The notes under the pieces were generated by a model, which worked only from the letters and a program-made list of their open reading frames with translations, had not been told where the DNA came from and did no database searches. From NCBI GenBank assembly GCA_036785375.1, contig JAWMAR010000095.1:7192001-7256000 (forward strand): a stretch of DNA of 64,000 nt, read 5' to 3'. This DNA comes from Leucoraja ocellata. Its lineage: Eukaryota. Position 1 is the first letter of the stretch; every line of letters starts with the position of its first letter. This document shows positions 11,001 through 23,000 of the stretch, one piece after another. A program made the translations under genes and the position numbers.

Positions 11001-14000
11001 TAATGAAGAACTCAACCATATTATGGTCACTCTTGCCCAAGGGGCCATGCACAACAAGACTGCTAACTAACCCTTCCTCATTACTCAATACCCAATCTAG
11101 AATAGCCTGCTCTCTCGTTGGTTCCGCTACATGTTGGTTGAGAAAACTATCCCGCATACATTCCAAGAATTCACTTGGAATGCATTCACTTGAAAAGTCG
11201 ACGAGTCCATTTCCCTCCACAGATGTTGTCAGACACAGAGTTACTCCAGCAGATTGTTTGTTGTGCAAGATTCCAGCATCTGCACTCTCATGTCTCTTTG
11301 AGAAAAAGCTTTTTCACTCAGAGAGTTGTGAATCTGTGGAATTCTCTGCCACAGAAGGCAGTAGAGGCCAATTCACTGGAGATTTTCTAGAGATAGTTAT
11401 TTAGCTCGATGGTAGACACAACATGCTGGAGTAACTCAGGGGGTCAGGCAGCATCTCTGGAGAGAAGGGAATGGGTGATGTTTTGGACCAAGACCCTGCT
11501 TCAGACTGATTTAGCTCTTAGGGCTAAAGGAATCAAGGGATATGAGGAAAAAGCAGGAACTGATTACTGATTTTGGATGATCAGCCATGATCATATTGAA
11601 TGGCGGTGCTGGTTCGAAGGGCCGAATGGCCTACTCCTGCACCTATTTTTCTGTTTCTATGTCTCCAAACATCACAATCTCCGTTAAAGAAATGTGCCAC
11701 CATAATGCAATGTTTACGAGTGGGGCATTTTGCCGTCTAATAAAATTTATCCGTCAGTGGCATCACTAAATCAGATGACAATGGTTCCAAAATCTTGCTC
11801 GTTATAAAATGGCTACACGATTTTCCATATTTCTCAACTGAATATTCTGCAAATTTACTTTATTGTCATGTTCTGAGGTTGCAAAGGGTCCATAAAAAAA
11901 GTACAGAGTGACAATTTTCCCTTTAAACTGTCAAAGTTTATGTTTCCAATTTAAGATTAGAGAAAACTTATTTTGGGATAACGTTACTGAAGGGCAAAAT
12001 GAGAAATACGAGGGGCCAAAAATATTCCTGTGGGGAAGGGCCTGAGAAACACTGAGCAAAACATTAGACATTTTACCTGGTGGGGGAGGGGTGAAGAGAA
12101 AGAAGCAGTAGAGACATAATTAGACTCTGTGACAACTTAGTGAACACCTAAGGTGAGGATAGTAGAGAAAGAAAAGGATTAGGACAACAACTTTCAGAAG
12201 AAAAAAAATAATAAAGTGGCTGACAGATTTGGTTCAAATCATGAAACTAACTTTCCACCAAATATTTTTGTCTGTATCACCTGGATTGGGGGGAGGATTG
12301 ATGAAGGGATTGCAGTATATAATCACCAACATAGCTTCTCAGAATAAAATCACATATAAAAAGCTGATTAGGAAAATTGAGGTGCAGGAAATTTAAAGGT
12401 CAACAGCTGCATGGATAAGGAAGGTTACACAAAAATGCTGGAGAAACTCAGTGGGTGCAACAGCATCTATGAAGCGAAGGAAATAGGCAACGTTTCCGGG
12501 CCAAAACCCTTCTTCAGACTGATGGGGGGTGGGGGGGGAGGGCGGGGAGAAGAAAGGAGGAGGAAGAGGGGCCCGAGGGCTGAGGGAGTGATAGGAAGGG
12601 GAGGAGACAGCAAGGGCTAACAAAATTGGGAGAATTCAATGTTCATGCCCCCAGGATGCATGGATAAGGAACTGGTTTAAAGATAGGAAGAAGCGAGTTG
12701 TGTTAAATGATTGTTTCTCAGCTATGAAGATGGTAGACAGTGGTGCTCTCATGATCAGTATGCGATCATAGTTCTGCAAAGACTATATAGTTCTGCACAG
12801 GCGAACAGGGCAACATTTCTAAATTTACAAATGACATGAAGCTTGGAAGTGCAGTAAACAATGAGAAAGACAGTAATAAACTGCAGGAAGACAGTATGGG
12901 CAAACAATATTTAGTACAGAGAAGTGTAACATGATACACATTGGCAGAAAGAATAAAGATAAATAATATTGACTAAAACAGCGAGGTTCTAAAGGGTTGC
13001 AGAATCAGTGCCCTGGGCGTGCATGTCATAAATCCTTGTTCATGGGAGAAATATTTGAAAGAATATTGCATGTGGCATCCTGGTGTTCTGAAACAAATCC
13101 GTCGAGTTCAAAGCACAGTTCTTGCACTGAACTGTCAAGAAAACTGACTAGCCACAACGAGGGATTCTCGGTACCACAGGAACGTTGTTAGGAACGAAGT
13201 GAATGGAATGAAGAAAATCCAGAGGTAGGAAAACAGATTTATTAGAATGCTTCCATGAATGAGCGATTTCAGCTGCAAGGTTAGACTGGAGAAGATGAGG
13301 TTGTTAATGCTGGAGCAATGTTCGGTAAGGGATTTACCTGCAGTTTACAAGATCATGGTTGTCTTAGATTAGGCAAACAGAGAGATGTGGCTCCCGATAA
13401 CAGACAAATCAAAGGACCAGCGTATACAAATATGAAATCTTGGGCAAAAGATGAAAGGGAGAATTAAGGAACAGCCTTTTTTACTAAGAGATTAAGGAAA
13501 GGTGGAAACAGAATCAGTGTAGTTGGATAAGAATTTGGAGCAAGGGTGGAGTAATGCAAATTATGCGATTGCTGCTTTCTGACCCAGCACATATTTAATG
13601 GGCCAAATGACCTCCTTCTGTACCAAAATAATTTGATGATTTATCTAACTGGCACAGAATGGGAGAACTCCCAATCTTCTCCACAAATATTTCCTCTACC
13701 TAAAAACACCTAGATGCTCTCAGTGTGACCTACAATTCCCTCTGAGTAGGAATGAAAGAACTGGAAACTGCTGAGGATCTGTAAGGCGCTGGTTAGCCAC
13801 ATTTGGAGCATTGTGAGCAATTTTGAGCCCCATATCGGAGAAAGGATGTGCTGGGTCTGTAGAGAGTCCAAAGGAGGTTTACAAGAATGATCCCAGGAAT
13901 GAGTGAGTTAACATATGATGAGCGTTTGACGGCACTGGGCCTCTACTCCCTGGAGTTTATGAAACATACCAAATAGTGAAAGGCCTGGATAGCGTGGATG

Positions 14001-17000
14001 TGGAGAGGATGTTTCCCCTAGTAGGAGAGTCTAGGACCAAAGGTCATAGCCTCTGAATTAAAGGATGTTCCTTTAGGAAGATGAGGAGGAATTTCTTTTG
14101 TCAGAGGGTGGTACATCTGTGGAATTTCTTGCCACAGAAGGCTGTAGAGGTCGTCAATTGATATTTTTAAGACAGAGATAGATAGATTCTTGATTAGCAC
14201 AGGTATCATGAGTTATGGGGAGAAGGCAGGAGTATGGGGTTAGGATAGATCAGCCATGATTGCATGGCGGAGTAGACTTGATGAGCTCAATGGCCTAATT
14301 CTGCTCCTATTACTTATGAAAGCCAGTAACCGTGAGGTAGAGTAGGAGGATTAACGAGGGGCTCTTCAATCTGGATTCAGTGTGGAGATGCAGTCTGGAG
14401 ATAGGGATGGCACTAGAGTAATTAAAAGAGTCAAAGCAATACAGCACAGAAACAGGTCCTTTGGTCCACCATGTCTATGCCAACCACCAAACTTATTTAT
14501 ACTAATCGCATAATACCAGCACTTGGTCCATTGACGAATATGCTTTGGCAATTCAAGTTCTAATCCAAATACTTCTTAAATTTTGTGAGAATATTTGCCT
14601 CCACTATTTTCTCAGGCAGTGCGTTCCAGGTTGCAACACCCTCAGAGCGAAAAGACTTTTCCTCATATCCTTTTGAAACTGCTCGCACCTCATCATAAAG
14701 TTAGAAGCAAATGTATATGTTTTAGCTGTTAATGTGAAAATCATGGAGGTCTCAGTGTAGGTTTAGACTTCCTGTTATATTTTATATACATTTATGTTCA
14801 CTATATGTTTTTCGGGTTTGCAGCCAAAACCAAATGAAGCAGAAACCCAACAATTAGTGTCACCACATTTTATTATCCTCCAACAACAGTTTCCATTTGT
14901 TAACTTGGCAGCTTTCAAACAACAACTCTATTTATACAGCAATTTTAACACAAAAAACATTCCAAGACTCTTCACAGGCGTATTATCAAATAAAATATAA
15001 CACCAAGCCACTTAAGGAGATTGTGAAATAAAAACAGACAATGTTGAGGATACTTGTTGAGGATACTACTATGGGCGGCACAGTGGGCACAGCTGACAGA
15101 GCTGCTGCCTCAAAGTGCCAGAGATCCAGGTTCGATCTTGACCTGGGGTACTGTCTGTGCAGAGTTTGGACGTTCTCCCTGTGGCTGCATGGGTTTTTCA
15201 CGGTGCTCCGGTTTCCCCCCACACCCCACAGACGTGCGGGTTTATGGGTTAATTGACCTCTGAAAATTAACCCTAGTGTCTGGGGAGTGGATGAGAAAGT
15301 GGGATAACATAAAGCTAGTGTGAACGGGTGATCGATGGTCGGCATGGACTCTGTGGGCCAAAGGACCTATTTCCATGTTGTACATCTAAAATCTATCAGA
15401 TCAGTTTGCATCAGCAGAGAGAGTGATAGTTAATTTTCAGGTAAATAAGCTTCCATTAAAAATAGGAAATATTAGAATCAAACATGGAGCCCATTCATAT
15501 CAAATGGCACAAGTATTGGTGCTATTTTAAACGTTAGATTTCAAACTTTTCTTAATCCTGTTGGAATCATCATTGATCCAGAACATTATCTCTATTCCTC
15601 TCCCCACAACTTATCTGCTAAGTATTTCATGCATTATTTTTAAATTTCAGATATCCAGCATCTGCAGTTATAAACTTAAGGAGACTTTGGGATAGCTAGG
15701 TGAAAGACAAAGTAGGTTTTAAAAGAGAGACAACAAAAATAAAGAGGGAATTACAGAGTTTCGGACCTAAGCAGCTGAAGCCATTATCTGAGATTGAGAA
15801 GTAAAATAGAAGATAACAGTAGACCTGTAAAAATAGTACAAAAGTAATTTCCAGGCCATTCCCACTGAAATTTGTTTCTCCCTGTGAAACGTCCTGGTTT
15901 ATTCCTAGAATAAGGCATAATCTCGAGTCATAGTGTGGAAACAGTCCCTTCTGCCCACCGAGCCCAGTCAACCATTTGAACAAAACCCACAATATATCCC
16001 CAACATTCTCATCAACTCCCCTAGATTCTACCATTCACCTACATATAGGGACAGTTCACAATGGCCAATTAACCTACCAACCCACACATGTTTGGGATGT
16101 GGGAGGAAATCTGCAGGGTCACAGGGAGAATGTGCAAACTGCGCACAAAAAGCACAGGTTGGAATTGTTCTTGGGTTACTTTGCTCTGATAACTGTGCTA
16201 CTGCACTGTCCACCTAGATACACTCTGGGTTATAGGGCTGCTTGAGCACCATTCACACAGCCAAACATAGATTAAAGTTTTTGTGAGAAAGAATCTTGTA
16301 CAAGTTCCAACTATCAAACTTTAGTTAATTAGTCACCATGGATAATATTTTGCTCATTCTTACCTGACAATAGGCCAGTTTGATTTAGGGAAGATAATTT
16401 CTCGAACAGGTTTCAGATCCCATGTACTCCACAACCTACACAATACAAAAAAGGTTTTCCTACTTATTATGCCAAGTTCAATTTTTATTGCAAGAATCAT
16501 GTCAGCAAAGTCTTAAGTACTTCCAGAGAAACAAACAGAAGTGAAATATGAACACAAAGTTATAAATGTACTACGTGGAGAAAGATTCCCACATAGCTTC
16601 GGTGAAACTGTATGTATTAAATCTATCAATTTGTTGTTTCATCAGAAATGTCCAATATTTTATTTTAACCAGATTACCATTGTGATTAAAATAAATGAAA
16701 AAAATCAGAGCATCTTTAACAGAACAATGATGGTGCCAAGTGCCTTCATTCAAATATTCACCAGAACCTTTCATGGAAATGTTTAACTTACACACTTGGG
16801 AGAAGAGGAGTAATGTTTTGTTCATATTCTCATACCTTTAACAATGGACAATCAATCAAAAATGGAATAGCGTCATTTCTCTGACATCACAGAACTGAAA
16901 CACGATCTATCCATTGATGTTGGACGGTCAAAAAATGTGTGCAGTAAATGCGATGGGTCCAACCACAAGGTTTTTTTATTTAGGTTATCCTTCATATTCA

Positions 17001-20000
17001 GTGGCTATGTTACTGGACCAGCAATCCAGAGGACAAAAGGTCCAATCCCAGAGTTTGAGTTCAGTTGCCTGACACGTTTGCCACAGCATACTATGCTATG
17101 TAGAATGCTACATACATGCTATTTAATGCTACATTCTACATAGCATAGTATGCTGTGGTAAACGTGTCACCATCAGCCTTGATCTTGTCATTTCACAATC
17201 TTAGTGGCCTATTGATATATAATCAATTGCACATATAGAAAATGCTGATGGTTTTATGAAGTATGTATAAAATGGGTACCACTGGAAAGTCCATAAAAGC
17301 CCATCGTTTATATCAGATATGAGCTGTTTTTCTTTAAACAGTTGTTGTCCGTATGATGAAGATAGTCCCATAATGCTATCGGGGAAGGAGTTCCAGAACT
17401 TCGATCCATGATGATGACAGAACAGCAATAACCGGCTCTGATTTGTTCTGTACCTGTTCATACCTCTAGTTTCCTTCTCCCCTGACTCTTAGTCTGAAGA
17501 TGAGTCTCAACCCGAAACATCACCTATTCCTTTTCTCTTGAGATGCTGTCTGACCCACTAAGTTACTCCAGGATTTTAAGCAGAGCATAACCCCCAGGGT
17601 TGCTAGCACAATGGTGCCCATGTTCGATCTTTGGATAGCAGATGGAATCGGGACTGAAGAATAATTAGCCACCTAAATGAGCCACGTAACAGTACACCAG
17701 TACTAGTATTATCACTGCGCTTTAAAATATACCTCCTCATGTACATTCCAAATGGCTGCTTCCCTATATGGAGACTATTTCTCTTAGTTCTAGACTCCCA
17801 GCTTTGTCTCTCAACGGTTCACAGAATTGTTTATGTCTCAATAAAATCACCTCCACAGACTCCACTCTCAAGCTTGCAGATGACACAACGCTTACAGACA
17901 GGAAGTGACACAGCTAGCGTCCTGGTGCCATCGCAACAACCTGGAGATCAATGCTCTTAAGACAGTGGAATTGATTGTAGTCTTTAGAAGAGCTCCCGCT
18001 CTCTTCCCCCCACTCACCGTCAACAACACCATAGTCCTTGGAACCATCATCTGCAGGGACCTTAAATGGGAGATCACAGACTCCACAGTCAAAAAGGCCC
18101 AACAGAGGATGTACTTCCTGCGGCAGCTGAGAAAACACAATCTGCCACAGGCAATGATGGTCCAGTTTTATACTGTCATCGTAGAGTCTGTCCTCACCTT
18201 CTCCATCATAGTCTGGTTTGGTTCGGCCACCAAGCACGACATCCGGAGGCTGCAGCTCATCGTTCAATCAGCAAAAACATAGAAACATAGAAAATAGGTG
18301 CAGGAGTTGGCCATTCGGCCTTTCGAGCCTGCACCGCCATTCAATATGATCATGGCTAATCATCCAACTTCATCCGAAGGTTGTTGGCTGCAAATTCCCC
18401 CCATTGACGAACTGTACACTGCAAAGACCAGGAAGCGAGTGGGTAAGATCATCTCTGACCTCTCTTCCCCTGGCCACAAACTCTTTGAAGCACTTCCCTC
18501 TGGAAGGCGACCACTGTCAAAGCCACCACAACCAGACATAAAAACTGTTTTCTTTTCTACGAGCAGTAGCTCTACTCAACAACCAAAAGTCTGTAGCCTC
18601 CTTTTGCTCTGGTATTGCATTTCATTATTCACATGTTTAAATTATAATGTTTTATTCTTAATTGTTTACTGTATATTGTATATTGTGTTGTTACTTGCAC
18701 CAAGGCAAATTCCTTGTATGTATACATACTTGGCTAATTAAATTAATTCAATTCAATTTCTTTCTTTTTAACCTGAGTATTCGCTAAACATCAATACCCC
18801 GTCATAGGACAATCCCCTAATCTGAGGTATTAGGGTCACTGATTTGAAAATATATCCTTATTCAGGTGAGGAAAATAAAACTGCACATACTTCAAAAGGG
18901 ATCACAGAAAATTCCTGTATAATATGAGCAAAACGTATTATATTCCAACTGTCTATTTCAGACATTCTTCTTCATAAGTGAGTGAACAGCATTTTCAGTC
19001 TTTTATAGACTCAAATTTAGTTTGTGCCAATTTTCCTTGTGGAGATGATGAGGATATACATTATAGCTCAGTTACAATGGTATGACACTAACCTTACAAT
19101 GCCATTTTCTAGCCCTCCAGCAATCACGTTGACAGATACACCTTCAGGTTGATTGGAAAAAGCTACAGAGCAAATTATTTCTCGACAGTGCACGTGGCCA
19201 CTGAGATCTCCATTCACTGTCCACAGTCTCAGGTCACTACCACCACCAACTAAGGAAAAAAAAATTACAAAACAGATCTGTTACAGAGATAGGTTGAATA
19301 AGTTAGGTCTTTATTCTCTGGAGCGCAGAAGGTTAAGGGGGGACTTGATAGATAGAGGTCTTTAAAATGATGAGAGGGATAGACAGAGTTGATGTGGACA
19401 AGCTTTTCCCTTTGAGAATAGGGAAGATTCAAACAAGAGGACATGACTTCAGAATTAAGGGACAGAAGTTTAGGGGTAATATGAGGGGGAACTTCTTTAC
19501 TCAGAGAGTGGTAGCGGTGTGGAATGAGCTTCCAGTGGAAGTGGTGGAGGCAGGTTCATTGATATCATTTAAAAATAAATTGGATAGGCATATGGATGAG
19601 AAGGGAATGGAGGGTTATGGTATGAGTGCAGGCAGGTGGGACTAAGGGGAAAAAAAATTTGTTCGGCATGGACTTGTAGGGCCGAGATGGCCTGTTTCCG
19701 TGCTGTAATTGTTATATGGTTATATGGTTAAAACTAAAGTCATCCTTCAGGATAATGAACGTTGCAATGAATAAACTGCTGTCTTCAATCCAATACAATA
19801 AAGATTATTGCAGCTCATGAAAGAAAACATGTCAAAGAATTATGTTGTATATGTTGTCATAAATCCCTAAAAACTTGGTTTTATCACACAAAGGTTACCA
19901 ACTGCTCCATCAGAATGCAAGAAGAGACCCGAGCATAGGCTGCAATATATTGAACAGTCTAACTCATATAAAATTCTGAAGAAAGGTCTCGACCTGAAAC

Positions 20001-23000
20001 GTCACCCATTCCTTCTCTCCAGAGATACTGCCTGTCCCGCTGAGTTACTGCAGCATTTTATGTCTATCTTCGGTGTAAACCAGCATCTGCAGCTCCTTCT
20101 TTCACATTAGATGCCACTGGCTTAAAATTCCTTTGCTTATCTGTGACCTGTGAATGGTGCCGTGCTTTTGTACAGAAGGTCTTCATGAGGGTTGTTCAAT
20201 GGAACTCAAAGGGGACCAGTTCTGGGCCTTGGATACTGGCAGATGGAACTACCCACAGGAAGCTACCTACATCTATTCCAGAACCCCACCTTACAGTGGG
20301 GGCTACACCACTCAATGCGAACTTTGACTTCAATCACTACATCTTCCCTCTCTTGATCATTCACTGCAACTCCATCCATTCCCCAAGTTCATTACCATTT
20401 CTTTAACATTAGTGACATAACACTTTAGTTACCCCACTAGTACCCAACTGTGAATCTGGTGGAGGAAAGGTCTTTGTGAATGTTGAGTTGTGCAAGAGCT
20501 AATCCATTGCACAAGGAGTATTGCCTGTTCATGCACAAAATGGCTTTGTACCAACTGATCAGTTTAATGCACCTATTGTGGCAAGGGAACATGTCTAAAC
20601 TGAGGTTTGAACTGTGAAGTAAGTTGACACGTATTTTCCCAGTTTTATTGTACATTTTAGTTCATTCTTTTTTTTAAGGACAATTTATTGATTTCTATTT
20701 CTCATCTTCTTTTCATAGCAGGATGTAGATGAACTATCTGAACTATTCTAGAAACATAGAAAATAGGTGCAGGAGTAGGCCATTCAGCTCTTCGAGCCTG
20801 CATCACCATTCAATATGATCATGGCTGATCATCCAACTCAGTATCCTGTACCTGCCTTCTCTCCATACCCCCTGATCCCTTTAGCCACAAGGGCCACATC
20901 TAACTCCCTCTTAAATATAGCCAATGAACTGGACTCAACTACATTCTGTGGCAGAGAATTCCAGAGATTCACCACTCTCTGTGTGAAAAATGTTTTTCTC
21001 ATCTCGGTCCTAAAATACTTCCCCCTTATCCTTAAACTGTGACCCTTGTTCTGGACTTCCCCAACATCAGGAACAATCTTCCTGCATCTAGCCTGTCCAA
21101 CCCCTTAAGAATTTTGTAAGTTTCTATAAGATCCCCCCTCAATCTTCTAAATTCTAGCGAGTACAAACCGAGTCTATCCAGTCTTTCTTCATATGAAAGT
21201 CCTACCATCCCAGGAATCAGTCTGGTGAACCTCTATTCCCTCTATGGCAAGAATGTCTTTCCTCAGATTAGGAGAGACCAAAACTGTGCACAATACTCCA
21301 GATGTGGTCTCACCAAGGCCCTATACAACTGCAGTAGAATCTCCCTGCTTCTATACTTAAATCCTTTTGCTAATGGGACATACTTCCACCAACATCATGA
21401 TTTTACTAATTCAGCCAAAGGATATTCTTGTTATATCAGCTTTGCAAATCACTAGGATAAATAGGTCAAGGGAGAAGGAATCAGATGTACCGTCACATCT
21501 GAATGAGGTCTACGACCTCCTGGTAATAGGTTAGCAGAAACAACAGAAACCTGGAAGGCGGCCAGATAACGGTACTATCGAAAACAGCAAATAGCCAAAG
21601 ATCCATTACACTTACCTGAATCGCAAACTGTTGCAGTGTCACCCGTTGTTTCACTAGTAGAAACTGCTGTCACTGGACTTTTATGTCCTGTTAAACTTTG
21701 AACATAGCACAACCTGTAGGACAAAGAAGAGAGATGAGAGCAATCAGGACGTAAATAACCATCATAGAATTTTAAAGACTAAAATTAAATTTCAAGAACA
21801 GTAATCACACAATGCAAAATGTAACCTGCTCCTAGATATCAGGCAACTGAACGATCCTATCACCAACTAGACAGCAGTCCTGACCTACCATCTACCACAT
21901 TGGAGACCCTGGGACAATCTTTAATCGGGCGTTACTGGACTTTATTATGCATTAAATTTTATTCCCTTTATCTTCCAACTGTACACCATGGATGGCTTGA
22001 TTTTAATCCTGTATAGTCTTCCCGCTGACTGTATAGCACGCAACAAAAAACATTTGCACTGTACCTCAGTACACATGACAATAAACTAAACTAAAAGGAT
22101 ACTTGCACATTGAGAGAACAAAGGAGTTCACTATATAAAGGAAACAGCACCTGGTCACATTATATCAAAGCAACTTTAATGTATGTTTAGGCTAGAGGGC
22201 CAAGGAAAAAGACTGATATGCAAGTGATGACAACAGTGGGCTACAGGAGGAAGTAGTAACATTTAAGCATAATGTCCCCTATTCCTCCATTGGCTCCCCT
22301 GCACCTCCTGTTCTTTCCTTCCCTCCTATTCCTTCCTTCCACCACACCTGTTCCCTCTTCTTTCTTTTCTTTGTACTTTGTGGATGTAAGGCAACTGCCT
22401 ATCAAGGCAACTTTGAGCCAGTGAAAATATATGAGGCATTATTTGTATATGCATTCTTGTACAATTTCTTCAGAATTTATGTTAAAATTAATTTATGACC
22501 ACATAAATTGATTCTTAGACAGCCTTGTATAAAAAATATTTATTAATTGAACCTGTTCAAATCCCATATTATGCAGGTTCCATCCCTGCTGACACTGATG
22601 AGAATGCTGTACGGTTTGCAGACACACAAGCTGGTTACTTCTGCAGTATGGCCATACAGGTAGACTTTAGATTCCACTTCAATTTCAGAAGACTAAAAAA
22701 AATGAAATAAAAATGTCAGTATCTTAACCACATTTCTAATACGTACTGTACATTCCAGCATCTCTGCTAATCACTGAATTGCAGACACTACATATTTTCA
22801 GTGGAGGAGTTGCTTTGGACAAACTTGGATGACCTAAGATATGCTAAAATAGTTTTACAGCCTCTGATATAATTTAATAAGTATAATCATTGTTGTAATT
22901 AAAGAAACATGACATAATTTATACATACCAATGTGGTAACCATTACTTTAGTGATATTAACTGTTGAATAAAGCCACCTGAGACTTTAATATTGCATCAA

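Noticed and set aside
8792-11268. RT ORFs as an intact LINE, retron or domesticated gene
   Set aside because: Several frameshifts and stops, 5' truncation, and many near-identical fragments nearby: an ordinary dead CR1.
10724-11404. 226-aa plus-strand ORF
   Set aside because: Antisense shadow of CR1 ORF2 running into neighbouring repeats.
15073-15150. tRNA gene (A and B boxes)
   Set aside because: tRNA-derived SINE head that continues into SINE body; no cloverleaf. The same applies to the other HE1-like copies.
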